Origin: Heteronotia binoei
Taxonomy: Eukaryota
Assembly (NCBI RefSeq): GCF_032191835.1
Contig: NC_083230.1
Span: forward strand, 32,302,001-32,366,000
Direction of reading: 5' to 3'
Length of the DNA stretch: 64,000 nucleotides
Every line of letters starts with the position of its first letter. Position 1 is the first letter of the stretch. This document shows positions 39,850 through 51,934 of the stretch, one piece after another. A model generated the notes under the pieces. The model was not told the DNA's origin and made no database searches. It saw nothing but the letters and a program-made list of their open reading frames with translations. Position numbers and translations under genes: made by a program.

Positions 39850-41155
39850 AATAATAATAATAATAAGCTTTTATTTATTTATATCCTGCCCTCCCCGCCA
39901 AGGCAGGCTCAGGGCGGCTCACAAGACATGGAGTGTACCATGATTATAAAATACAATTATACAAAACGATAATACAATAAGATACAATTAAAACACATTA
40001 GATGAATAAATTAATTAAAACCACTACAAATTGAAAGGTGCTACAGTACAGTATGTATATATATCCAGATGGTTAGATGTCACTTTCAGGATTTCATCTT
40101 ATAGGCCAGTTGAAAAAGGACAGTTTTACAAGCCCTGCGGAACTGATTGAAGTCCCACAGGGCTCGCACCTCTTCTGGCAGTTGATTCCACCAGTGGGGA
40201 ACCATTATTGAGAAGGCCTATTCCCTCATTGTTTTCAGTTTGGCCTCCCTTGGTCCAGGGATTTTTAGAAGATTTTGAGAACTAGATCTCAGTGCTCTCT
40301 GGGGGATATATGGAGAGAGGTCCCTAAGGTAGGCAGGTCCTCGGCCATATAGGGCTTTAAAGGTAATAACCAGCACCTTGTAATGAACTCGGAACACAAT
40401 TGGCAGCCAGTGCAGCTCCCTCAGCCTAGGCCGTACATGTTCCCACTGAGGGTAGTTACTCAACAGCCTGGCTGCCGCATTCTGGACTAGCTGCAGTTTC
40501 CGAGTTCGGTACAGGAGCAGCTCCATTTAGAGGCATTACAGTAGTCCACCCTCGAGGTGACCGTTGCATGGATCACTGTTGCTAGGTTGCTACATTCCAG
40601 GAAGGGGGCCAACTGCCTCACCCTCTTAAGGTGGAAGAAGGCGGATTTAGCAGTGGCTGCTATCTGTGCCTCTATTGTCAAGGAAGGCTCCAATAGCACT
40701 CCCAGGCTTTTGACCCTGCTCACTGGTATCAGTGACGCACCGTCAAAGGCTGGTAGGGAGATCTCCTCCCCTGGCCCACCGCGACCCACGCAAAGGACCT
40801 CTGTCTTTGCTGGATTCAGCTTCAACCCACTCCGCTTGATCCAACCTGCCACGGCATGCAGCGCCCGGTCCAGATTTACAGGGACATCGCCAGTCCAGCC
40901 GCCCATCAATAGATAGAGCTGGGTGTCATCAGCGTACTGGTGGCAACCCAGCCCATGCCTCCGGGCAATCTGGGCAAGGGGGCGCATGTAGATGTTAAAC
41001 AACATTGGGGAGAGAACTGCCCCCTGAGGCACCCCACAATTAAGTAAGTGCCTCTGGGACAGCTCTCCTCCAATCGCCACCTTTTGTCCCCGACACTCAA
41101 GGAAGGAGGAGAGCCACTGTAAGGCTAGCCCCCGAATTCCTGCGTCGACGAGGGC
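39850..41155 (-). mobile_element. Relatively young 5'-truncated L2 LINE
   Basis: ORFs 40487-41080 and 40218-40526(-) give CGVPQGAVLSPMLFNIYM, CHQYADDTQLY, LKLNPAKTE and LQLVQNAAARLL...LHWLP. (TTA)n/TTTA tail at about 39850-39880. Confidence 0.93.
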
Positions 41156-41259
41156 TCATGGGTGGACCCACATGTGGCAGGGAGGCCACACTGATATTCA
41201 GTGATGTCCACCACCTCAACTACAAACCTGGCAGAACAGCTCTGCAGGCCCTGCAGAAC

Positions 41260-41735
41260 TGCGACCCTCTGTCCCCAACCTTGGAGAAAGGAAGAAAACC
41301 ATTGCAGGGCAGTGTCCTCAACTCCTATGTCAGTGAGGTGGTGGGCCAACAACGCATAGTTGACCGGGTGAAATGCTGCTGTCAGATCTAAAAGTGACAG
41401 CCGCACCAACCCTCCTCAATCCAGGTGTCACCAGAGGTCATGTGTGAGAGCGACCAATGCCATCTCCACCCCATAGCCAGGGTGAAAACTGGACTGGAAT
41501 GGGTCTAGAATGTGTGCTTCATTGAGATAAACCTGGAGTTGCTTGGCCACTACCCACTCAACTAACTTACACAGGAATGGTAAATTCAATACTGGGCAGT
41601 AGTTGGTTAGGTCCAGAGGGTCCAAAGATAGTTTCTTTAGGAGTGGTCTTACCACCGCCTCCTTCAATGCCACTGGAAAGGTCCCAGATGAGAGGGACAA
41701 GTTGACTATCTCTTCCAGGGGGCTCTCTTCCATAC
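41260..41735 (-). mobile_element. Older L2 RT N-terminal fragment
   Basis: IVNLSLSSGTFPVALKEAVVRPLLKK...DPFQSSFHPGYGVEMALVAL...LLDLTAAF. Confidence 0.85.
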
Positions 41736-43165
41736 AAAATCCTGTGGATCTAACTAATTAGCACCGAGTTTCGAACCTTCTGTTCCTGTGTAAGGTAATT
41801 GAGAAAGTAGTGGCTGAGCAGCTCCAGAAATTCCTGGATTGCAGCAGGTCAGCATTGCTGCTACTACTTGACCTGGCAGCAGTGTTCAACACTCAGCTGC
41901 AACCTGCTGACTCACCATCTTGCTGACGTTGGGATCCATGGGGTAGCCTTAGAGTGGTTTTCTTCATTCCTCCATGGTCCGGGACAGAGGGTGGCACTTG
42001 GAGAGGCAGTGTCTCCAAGGTACTGCTGGAATGCAGGGTTACTCAAGGAGCACTCCTCTTCCCAAAGTTGTTTAACATCTGCATGTGCCCCCTCACCCAG
42101 CTGCCATAGAGTTTTGGGCTGGGGGGTGGTCATAAATATGCAGATAACTCCCAGCTATTTCTGTTGATGGCCAGCTGGCCAGATGCCATTCCTGGGAATT
42201 TAGTTGAGGGTCTGGAGGCAGGGTTTGGGTGGCTAAAGCAGAGCCACCTGAAACTGAATCCAGGTAAGATGGGGATGCTGTGGCTGGGTCAGGAGGAGCC
42301 ATGGCTGGGGTGTCAGCTCCCATCCCTTTATGGTATGCTCTTAACACCAATTTTAATCATCAAGAGTCTAGGAGTGACTGTGGAGGCCCAGGTCATGAAG
42401 TTTGCCAAGTTGCCAGCTAGCTCCCTACCTGTCCTTCCCCAAATTAACCATGGAAATCCATGCAATTGTCACCTCCAGGATATACTACTGTAATTCTCTC
42501 TATGTGGGCTTACCCTTGAGCCTGACCTGGAAGCTCCAACTGATCCAGAATGCAGCCACCCAAGTCCTCATGGGGGCCCCCCAGAGGACACATATTCAAC
42601 CTGCACTGCTGCACTGGCTTCCAGTAGAGCACCAGATCAAATTCAAGGTTTGGGTCCTGACCTTTAAGGCTCTTAGCAGCCAGGAACCCACATACCTTTG
42701 GGACTGCCTCTCTCAGTATACCCCCAGAAGAGTGCTGTGCTCAGGGAATAAGAACATATTGGTGGTCCCTGACCCAAGAGAGATCCGGCTGTCCTCAACT
42801 AGGGCCAGGGCTCTTTTGGCCCTGGCCCCCTCCTGGTGGAACTCTTTGCTGAAGAACATCCATGCCGTGCAGGACTTACTGCCTTTCCAAATAAGGCAGA
42901 AACATTCTGCCAGGCATTTGGTTGTGGACAATGACAGTACAGCACACAGTCTAGCACTCTTACACTCTCCTCCCCCTCTTGAAAAAAACCCAGGAGGCTC
43001 AGGAACTGTAATTTTTTTCACTGGCTTATAATGTGAACTGGGTTTTTTTAACCTCAACTTGATTTTAATGCTGGTTTTAGTCACTTATTGTACATATATT
43101 GTTGCAAGCCGCCCTTTTCACAGGGAAGGGTGACCAATAAATCAAATCTAATAAATAAATAAAAT
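41736..43165 (+). mobile_element. Older degraded L2 (RT to 3' tail)
   Basis: LLLLDLAAVF, ALEWFSSFL, LKLNPGK, LQLIQNAATQVL and LHWLPVEHQIKFK, followed by an AATAAATAAA tail near 43150. Confidence 0.85.
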
Positions 43166-44339
43166 CGTGCTTAAATAAAGTAACATGAGACTGATGAGAT
43201 AATGATGTCTGAAGGAAAGTGAATTCAAGGTATGTTGCTTTCTGATCCAATATACATTTCTCCCCAGACTGCCTTTCTTCCTGCTTCTCCCCACTGTACC
43301 ACCTTACTCAAACACAGCACTCCATGAAAACTGACCCTCACCAAAACCCAGGTTGCACAATTCCTGTGCTACATATAACTGTATGAGAACTACATGGAAA
43401 TGTTCTAGAGAATTAAAAAGTCATTTAGTAACGTTCTTAGGGAACCCATGAGGCAGAAAAATGTCACATCCTCTGGAGTAGCTTGCTGCCTAATTTCAGA
43501 AGAGGTTTGACAAGTTCCACATTCACTGCAATGTCACTCCAGACTGAAGAATTCAGAAGATATGGGGATGCTTTAGACATGCCAACCTGGTGGCAAGATG
43601 ACTTTCACAGTTGATTATATTAAACCTCATCAGCTGTGAGAAAGAAAAGAAAAGAGAAGAAAAGCTTTATCCTTGGAAAAGCTGAAAATTAATTTACTCC
43701 GTTTGCATTCAGCCAGCAGTGGCACTCTATTTTTCAATGAATTTGATATATTACTTCCTGGAATACTAGATACTGGGGTGATAGGTGTAAGATAGATAGA
43801 TGCATATTACAGTGTAATGGGTCACTATTAACAGAGTCGTTAACATAGAAGAAACACCCTATTAGTGTTGGATTCCATCTGAGAATGTTAAACAATATCA
43901 TGGAGCTGATGCCCTAAGGTTCATATTAAGACTATATGTCTGAGTGTAGAGAGTCTGTAAAAGGCGTTCTCTGTGAATAAGTGCAATACAAGAGATGCAA
44001 GAATGTGTCTTACACAGCTGAGATGGCTGAGAACTGTGTCCTTTACAGAAGTCTGGGTGCCTGTGCAAGGTTGCCAAGAGCCACCATAGGCCTAAAGGCA
44101 GACTTATTTAATTCATTTATATCCTGCCTTTATCTCCAGTGCCTACCCACAGTGTTCTCTTCTTTGCCATTTTATTTGCCCTCCCCTCACACATTTAAAG
44201 GAGAACAAAATTAAAGAGGAAACGGATGGGCAGAGTTACTATATTTTGAAAAACAGAAAAAGAGGACATATTTCCCAACTACTTCAAACAAGCAATCACT
44301 ATGACAAAACTCATTTTAAATACCCCTACTATTTAAACT

Positions 44340-45608
44340 CATGACCTGAGTTCGATCCCAGCGGAAGCTGGTCCAGGTAGCCGGCTCCAGGTTGACTCAG
44401 CCTTCCGACTTCTGGGATTTGGAGAATGCTGAGCTGACCTGCCTCTCTAAGGGGGGCAGACTGGAGCTTCTGTCCGGGGTAGTAAAGGGCAAATTTTTGC
44501 CTTCTGCCTACTTTTCTCAGTGAGAGATTAGTCCAAGATATGCACAGGAAACTTTGAAGTGATTTACCTTGGCTAAAAGGGAGTCCCCGGGGGGGCGGGC
44601 TCCTTTGAGGGATCCCCAGAGAAGAGTTGCATATTCATCATCTGCAGAAGCTTACAGAGTCATTTATTTGACATAAGCTTGACAAGAACCTAATCTTCTT
44701 TGAGACTGCTAAACATCTGATGCTGTACGAGACCAGTGTTGATTTGGATAACCTTAGAAAAAGGTACTGATTGCTATCTACCATTTTGGGACTATTTTAA
44801 AGCAAACAATATAATATTAGAAGGTGGGAAAGAGAAAGTTTGAAGGCTTGGAAAAAGAAGCGGAGAAGGGGTGAATTTTGGACTTTGTTAAATTAAGGAC
44901 AGTGTTAAAAATTGGAAAGGAATTTATTGTTTTGTCTACCTGCGGTCGTGGAGTGAAAGCACCATCGTTAGAGATCTGCAGTTTCTACAGTCGACACAGG
45001 AAATACGTCAAGTATCATGAGACTTTGTTACCAGTGAGAACGTGACTTGGGGCAAGCAAAGCAGGAAGTAACTATTGAAGAAGTAGACCTACTCTAGGAT
45101 TGTATTACCATAGAAAACATCCTGGAAGGCTAAATTTTTAAAAAATTAATATCTGAGCCTGGGAAGGTCAGAGGACAGCAAAATTAGGCTCATTTGAAAG
45201 GGAAAGTTCTAATCTATCAAACCTGATAGTTGAAATTTAATTTGGTGATATCAAACTTTTCACTGTTTTTTTAATGTCAGAGTTGAAGGTAACCCGTGCA
45301 AGGGCTGCCTCACTGGAGAAGATGCAAAATCAGTTGGAAGCAATGGAAGCTAGGATGATGAAAGCGGTGGAAAAGATGATAAATGCTTGAAAAAAATACC
45401 GGTAACTTAAAACAGGTTGACTCAGCCTTCCATCCTTCCGAGGCCGGTAAAATGAGTACCCAGCTTGCTGGGGGGGGGGAAGTGTAGATGACTGGGGAAG
45501 GCAATGGCAAACCACCCTGTAAAAAGTCTGCCATGAAAACATTGTGAAAGCAACGTCACCCCAGAGTCGAAAACGACTGGTGCTTGCACAGGGGACTACC
45601 TTTACCTT
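44340..45608 (+). mobile_element. Sauria SINE interrupted by a 1-kb L1 5' segment
   Basis: SINE halves at 44340-44406 and 45413-45608. Outer 13-bp TSD TACTATTTAAACT (44327-44339 and 45609-45621). Confidence 0.9.
44407..45412 (+). mobile_element. L1 5' UTR plus the first 38 codons of ORF1
   Basis: Homologous to the 5' UTR of the L1 at 51935-54160 (e.g. CTGCCTACTT...CCAAGATATGCA...GATTTAC.TTGGCT and CTTCTTTG.GACTG). ORF1 start MSELKVTRARAASLEKMQNQLEAMEARMMK at 45274-45390. Flanked by a 19-bp direct repeat. Confidence 0.8.
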
Positions 45609-46108
45609 TACTATTTAAACTATGACAATTGCTACTAACTAGGAATATTCTTAACCTGCCAATCCAAAAAGAATACATCATTCAAAAAAGAGAGAGAGAG
45701 CCCAAATGATCACTAGAGCTGGAAAACAAGTCATTACACTGTTGCTGGTGAAGGAAACTGCCATAATCAAAACTGAGTTCTATTGAAACAATCTACTGTT
45801 CAAGTAAACAAACAAAAAAGATTGTTATTGCAATTGTCTTTTAATTTGAAGACCCTTATCCTTGTCCTTCTCTCAGTTTCTTATTGGGGGAAAAATAAGA
45901 TGACAAATAGCTAATTTACAAAAATCTTCTATTGCTACAGGATACATCTCGAAAAGGACCTAACTCCAATCTCAACAAATAATGGGATTTACTGAGCAAT
46001 CCTGGGGCGGGGGGGGGGGGGGGTCAGAATAGAGACTCAACTGACTCCTATACTGGTATGCGGGCATCTTACACTGATACAGGACACTAGTGGCACTGTG
46101 CTGATGAG

Positions 46109-46563
46109 TGTCAAGATTACCCCTTGACATGATTCTAGTCACGGTATTGTAAATGACTCCATGTAACCTCACAAGGTCCTGCTTAACTTCTTATCAGTCT
46201 GCTCTGCCTGTTGTGTCTGTACCTTACTAAGTAACCATTTCTGCCCTGGGAAAGGGAACACAACGGCACCAAGACCAACTGGTGTTATCCAACTCCCAGA
46301 GAATGTATACTTTCATTTCTCTCATGCTGAGGGGGCTTGGAATGCTAGCGGGGGATGGAGGGGAATGCAACTGGTAGATTTTGGCTCTTTGCATTTGAAA
46401 GTGTAACAGATGGACCCAAACCTATATCTAAGGGAACTGAGGTCAGAAGCCTCCATTTCAGCAAGAAGTATCATGCATGCTGTACCTGTCTAATCACTTA
46501 ATAAACTACCTTTATTCATCAATGAAGGAGTGCTTATTGGTGAGGACTGTGCAGAACTTGACA
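46109..46563 (+). mobile_element. Solo LTR (455 bp)
   Basis: TGTCAAG...CTTGACA termini. TSD ATGAG / ATGAA (4 of 5 match). TATATCT near 46423 and AATAAA near 46500. Confidence 0.75.
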
Positions 46564-46679
46564 ATGAATTCCGCTAGTGCAGTAGTTCCACAGCCACACA
46601 CTATTGGAACAAAGGCACAAACCCAACCTCAGGCATAGATATGGGCATTCCAGGGGGCATAGTGACAGTTAAGCAGCTT

Positions 46680-47108
46680 CCAAATTGTTTTCCACAAACC
46701 GCTGCAAAATACTTAAACAATGAGTTAAAGGACAACTTGATATTTATTGCACATGCTGACTCACTAAAATGCCTTCAAACAAGTACACAGTATTACATGT
46801 GGAGCATCAGCTCCATTCCTTGTTGTTTTCTTGAATGAAGATGTCCAATTCCAAAGACTCAACAGAGTTTCAAAAAGTTCAAATAAAGTCAAAATGAAGT
46901 TTGAAACAAGTCCAAAAGAGTCCCAAGGTGCCACAGTGGGCCTCGTTTGAAGGCATTTTAGTGAGTCAGCATGTGCAATAAATATCAAGTTGTCCTTTAA
47001 CTCATTGTTTAAGTATTTTGCAGCGGTTTGTGGGTTGCGTGCCTTTCGGCTTCGAGTGCAATCTTCTGTACACAGCCTCTTTGTTTTTGTGGCAACCAAA
47101 TTGTTTTC
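46680..47108. repeat. 89-bp perfect inverted repeat inside a segment bounded by a 13-bp direct repeat
   Basis: 46692-46780 is the reverse complement of 46945-47033. CCAAATTGTTTTC occurs at 46680-46692 and 47096-47108. Confidence 0.92.
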
Positions 47109-48861
47109 AGCCTGAGGATGCCTCCCTGAGCAAATTAAAAGAGGCACTGGCAAAAGTGGTATCATAGACCATTGACAGTCATAGTAACTTCAAATTCACT
47201 ATCCCCCACATAATTGCAGCCATGCCTGCAGGACCCCAAACAGCTCAGGATATTGACTAAGTGTCAGGACACTCCCTCACCTTGGCTGCACCCCTCCTTG
47301 GGACCCAATGATGGCCCCCCTGCCTACAAATGGTTCCAGGAGGTTGCCCTAGAATTCCCAAGTTACACTGTGTACCATAGAATATTGTTTGACAGCTCCC
47401 TGGTGTGTGAACTTACAGTTGAGCTCACACACACCCCAGTGGTGGATACAACACAAACAGGGCACTTAGCTCAGCTGCGTGAGCACAGGGAGAACAGAGC
47501 TCACACTTGGTAGTTGACCTCTCCCAGATTTCAACCCACACAGGTACACTAGGACCTCTATCAGGATCCCAAGTTTAGCCATGTGTGAACAGATAAGCAA
47601 GACTCCCAGTCTTCTACCCCCATACTTCCCCTGGGCCTATCATGGTGACACTGAGGAGGACTGGACAAGACATCTCTCCCTCCCAAACCTAGCAGCTGTG
47701 GGGATGAGCAGTGGGTCCCAGAAGCACATGGATGCCATATACCAGTAGTCAGGTGTGTCAGGGTCTGCCTAAAGCAATTGCCAGACAAGAGGGTCCATTG
47801 AGATGGCTGTGAACTAGACTGTTCACTTAGCCAGGTGGCAACATCTGCCACACCCACACACCAAAAGCCTGTGGCAGCTGGCAAGCACGTCCAACCTATG
47901 TGCTGGCCAATTCCACATGATGGTCACACACACCCATTCCCATCCTGGAAAATTATGTCCTGAAAGCGCTAACACCATTCTTCTTCCATTACACAGAAGT
48001 GCTGACAAGAGGCAGACTCAGGTGAGGTGGGTGCAGAAACCCCCACCTAGAGGGCCCCCTTGTAGCACTGGGGTGCCAGATGCAGCACCTCTTTCACTGT
48101 ATGGAGGCCTCTGCGAACATCTCCAGCTGTTCCGGTGTCAGTTTTGGCTCATGCATGGGTGCCAATCCAATGGTGAGGGGCAATACCCCAACTGTGCAGC
48201 TGAAAGACCATTGAGTGCTCACACCACAGCAGAAGCTGCCCTTTGTAAGTACCCATACAGATCCAGCATTCTGGTCATTCCCTCCCTGCTGCCATCCAGG
48301 AGGCACCCTTATTGACAAAGGACTGAGTGGGCTATTGGTTGCAGGGGTCATGATCCCACGAGAACCACTCCATTGTCCCTGGATCTCTTTAAGTTGAATC
48401 ATGGTGCCCTTCTGAGGATTTGGTATCTATTGGGGAAGGAGCAGCAGGAGGGTATTGGTGAAGCAACCAGGACCCAGTGGATGCAACAGGGGCAGGAGCC
48501 TCACCCTGGCAAGACTGCAGCCACAGAAATGGACACATGGAGGGGTAAGACAAGGGGACAGGCCACTGTTCCCCCAGCAACATTCACACAGCATACGGGC
48601 ATGATGGGAGGCTCAGCCAACTCAACTTGTGAAAGGAGGCATTCTGGGAGGAAGGTTCCATGAGCGAGTGGTCCTGGGAGAGGTGGCTGGCCCTAGTGGG
48701 CTGGTGCTGGACCCCTTGTTGGAACAAAGCCATTGGCATACAGGACCACCATCACAGTGAGGTTCTACTGATAGCTGAAAGTGCTGCAGAGCAGATAGAG
48801 TCAATTTCAGAGAGCAAGGCTATGGAGCCTTGCTAGGTCATCCAGGTTCCAGCCACCCCAC

Positions 48862-49146
48862 AGAAGAAGAGAAGGAGGAGGAGGAGATTTATACCCCACC
48901 CTTCATTTGAAGTTTCAGAGCGGCTTACAATTCCCTTTCCCTTCCCCTCCCCACAACAGACACCCTATGAAGTAGATGGGACTGAGAGCACTCTTTCAAG
49001 AACTGCTATTGAAAGAACAGCTCTGAGACAATTTGTGACTGACCCAAGGTAACATCAGCAGCTGCATGTGGATTAGTGGGGAATCAAACCTGGTTCTCCC
49101 CAGAGGAGAGTCTGCACATTTAACTACTATACCAAACTGGGTCTCT
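48862..49146 (-). mobile_element. Squam3-like tRNA SINE
   Basis: Diverged match to the 11347-11630 family. Confidence 0.8.
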
Positions 49147-50431
49147 TTGGGTATATTTGGGTATGCTAATAAGGGACTTGAATGGCAAACAACAGTGGCA
49201 ACTGGGCAACATTGGCTGCCCACAGCACTAGTGATGGGCGCTGTGAACAATGTGTGCATTGCCCTTTCAGATGGCCTTCCAGCAGCATGGCAACCATAAT
49301 GGTAAATGCCTTCACTGCTCATTGAGAGCCAAGTTCTGGAAATGCACTAGCATTGTGGGGGGCAGTGCCTACAGAGCTAGGAACATCTGCCTTTCAGGGG
49401 GTAGATTGCAGGAACTGTGGACTGTGGAAGGAGTGGTGAGTGGGAGGCAAAGACAAATGCCTAATTTCCCTCCCCCCACACTGTTGCCACTGCTGCCACA
49501 CTGCCCCCTCCTCAGGGAGGGGGGAGAGGGCAGTGTCAGTCTGGCCTGTGTTTGCACCTAGGGCCCTCAGGGGCATGGAGCAGCAGACAGTGAGTCTGCG
49601 TGGGGTGCCATGCACACTAGGGCCAGCCCTGGCCAGAATAGAACATTGTGACAGGATTGCCATAAATGCTGCCACAGTTGCACCAGGAAACACTGTTTGG
49701 GCATCTTTTTCCCCATTCAGCCACTGCATAGCTATCCCCTTAGAGAGTAACTGGTGGTGATACCTCAGTACAGGCACAACACAGGATTGTTCTGCCGAGT
49801 TCCTAAGGGCCTAGGTGACTTTTGAAGTTAAGATTTAGGGAAGGTTTCTCTTGATCTGATACCTCCTAAGCACTCAGGCAGCAAAATCTTATTGGCATGA
49901 AGGATTAATTGTAGTCACTTAGTACTTTGAGGATCTGTCTGTCATTCATTAAGATTTCCAGAGGTATTAATCATAAAATTTTGTTTTAGGAAATTGTAAC
50001 AGGACAACATATTTCTGAAAGTAATCATGGCTTCATTTTCATGATGAAATTCTATTTCCTACTAATTTGCAAAGTGTAAAATATGAATTTGTAATTTCTG
50101 CAAGCATCATTTTGTCAGTAATGCAACCAATTAACATTTCACACGGAACTAATAAAATCAGTTAAAATAATGATGATATATGATCCATTTATGTTCAACA
50201 TTGAATTTGCTCTACTGGAATGAATTATAAAGGCACAGAAATTATATTTAAAGATATAAAGGATTTCTCTGATCACGTCACAAAGTTCCTCTTCTGTTAA
50301 CAAATTTCTAGATAAGGGGCAGCAGATCTTGTGCTTCTAATTATGTATAGAGGTTGTTGGGTTTTTTGCTGATTATATTATTCAGTTTCCTTTTCTAGGC
50401 CAGGATCCAGCTTTCTACTTAGGTTCATAGC

Positions 50432-50790
50432 AGAGCCAGTTCGATGTAGTGGTTAAGTGTGCGGACTCTTGGGGTAGGTATTTGTGGGTTTCCTGCATTG
50501 TGCAGGGGGTTAGACTAGATGACCCTGGAGGTACCTTCCAACTCTATGATTCTATGATTCTTATATCTGGGAGAACTGGATTTGATTACCCACCCCTCCA
50601 TTTACAGTTGCTGAAATGTCCTTGGTTCAGCTATAGCTCTCATAGGAGTTGTTGTTGAAAGAACAGCTGCTGTAAGTGCTCTCTCAGCCCCACCTACCTC
50701 ACACGGTGTTTGTTGTGTGGTGGGGGGGAGGAGATTGTGACCGCTCTGAGATTCAGAGTATAGGGCAAGATATAAATCCAATATAAGAGG
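50432..50790 (+). mobile_element. Squam3-like SINE containing a short CR1 3' tail (~50470-50560)
   Basis: SINE head AGAGCCAGTTCGATGTAGTGGTTAAG, then the CR1 tail GGGGTTAGACTAGATGACC...CCAACTCTATGATTCTATGATT, then the SINE resumes at CTTATATCTGGGAGAAC. Confidence 0.8.
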
Positions 50791-51934
50791 CTCACACTTA
50801 GCCCAATCAAATTGGTTGCTTTTCTCCCTTTAAATAGTTGATCCTGAGCCATGATTTGTTTCAAAAGAAGATAGTCACGTAGTATTAGTGAGCTCCTGGG
50901 ATTCATGGAACTATTTTCATTGTTTTTTGAAACCTGGACTTATTTTATATGTCAGCATGGTACAAACAATATATTATTATTTTGGACAAGAAATACATGT
51001 GCTTAAATTGCTACTCATCATCCCCCACAGGGTACTTACAAAAATATGTGAGAAATAATTGTCCATGCTGAAAAAAAATCTATAAAAAGTTATTTGCTAT
51101 GACAACAATGTATTGTATTGGCTTAAGTGTGACTCTAGGACATGGGGGACCCACTTGCCAGTAAGCTATGAAGTTCATTGGGTAAACTTGGATCACTTTC
51201 TCTTAGCCTAACTCTAGGACCGTAGCCACAGGGGCGGGGGAGAGGCTAGGCCCCTCCACCCAAACTATATGGCCCCTCCATTTACTGCCCTGCTCTCCTT
51301 GCCACCACCATTGTTCTCCCTGTAGGTCTCACTGTAGCTCTCACGGCCCCTGCTCTCTCCACTGCCACTACTCTGGCAGCCCCTAATCTCCCTACCACTT
51401 TGTCAGCCCCTGCCCTCCTCCATGGCACCTCCCCCTCCCTTCCACCCACCCACTTGGTAAAGTGCCAGTTTCCGGGGCTCTTTCAAGGAGCCCCCCCACC
51501 AATCAGTTGATCGGCTGGAAAAGCGGTGCGGGGAGTCATGGTCTGATCGGTCAGAGAGCTGCAGAGAAGTCCAGCATTGGCACAAGCAGGAGTCAAGCCC
51601 AGGTGCTCTGTGTTGTCTTCCTCTGTCTCTCCCCCCTCCAAGAGGCCATTGTGCAAGTGGGTCTCCAACAAAGGAGGGTCATCATCTGTAGGGTTGGCTT
51701 TGAAGGCTGAGCAGTCTTATTGATGAGGCTGGGAGGGGTGAGAGCCGCGACGTCCTGCATTGGTGCGAGCAGGAGCCGATCCAAGATTCTCGGCTGGAAG
51801 CTACCATTCATAAATCGAGTAATAATAGTTCCCTAGGTTTAAGAGAGAGAGATAACAGCAGAAAGAGTAGACTGCATAGCTAGGACCGGTGGGGGGGGGG
51901 GGCGGGAACTGGAGGGAAGAAGCAACCAAGCCCT

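Noticed and set aside
47200-49800. GC-richer stretch that might be a decayed Harbinger-type or other transposon
   Set aside because: No recognisable transposase or Myb motif, TIR or TSD could be read, so it is left unannotated.
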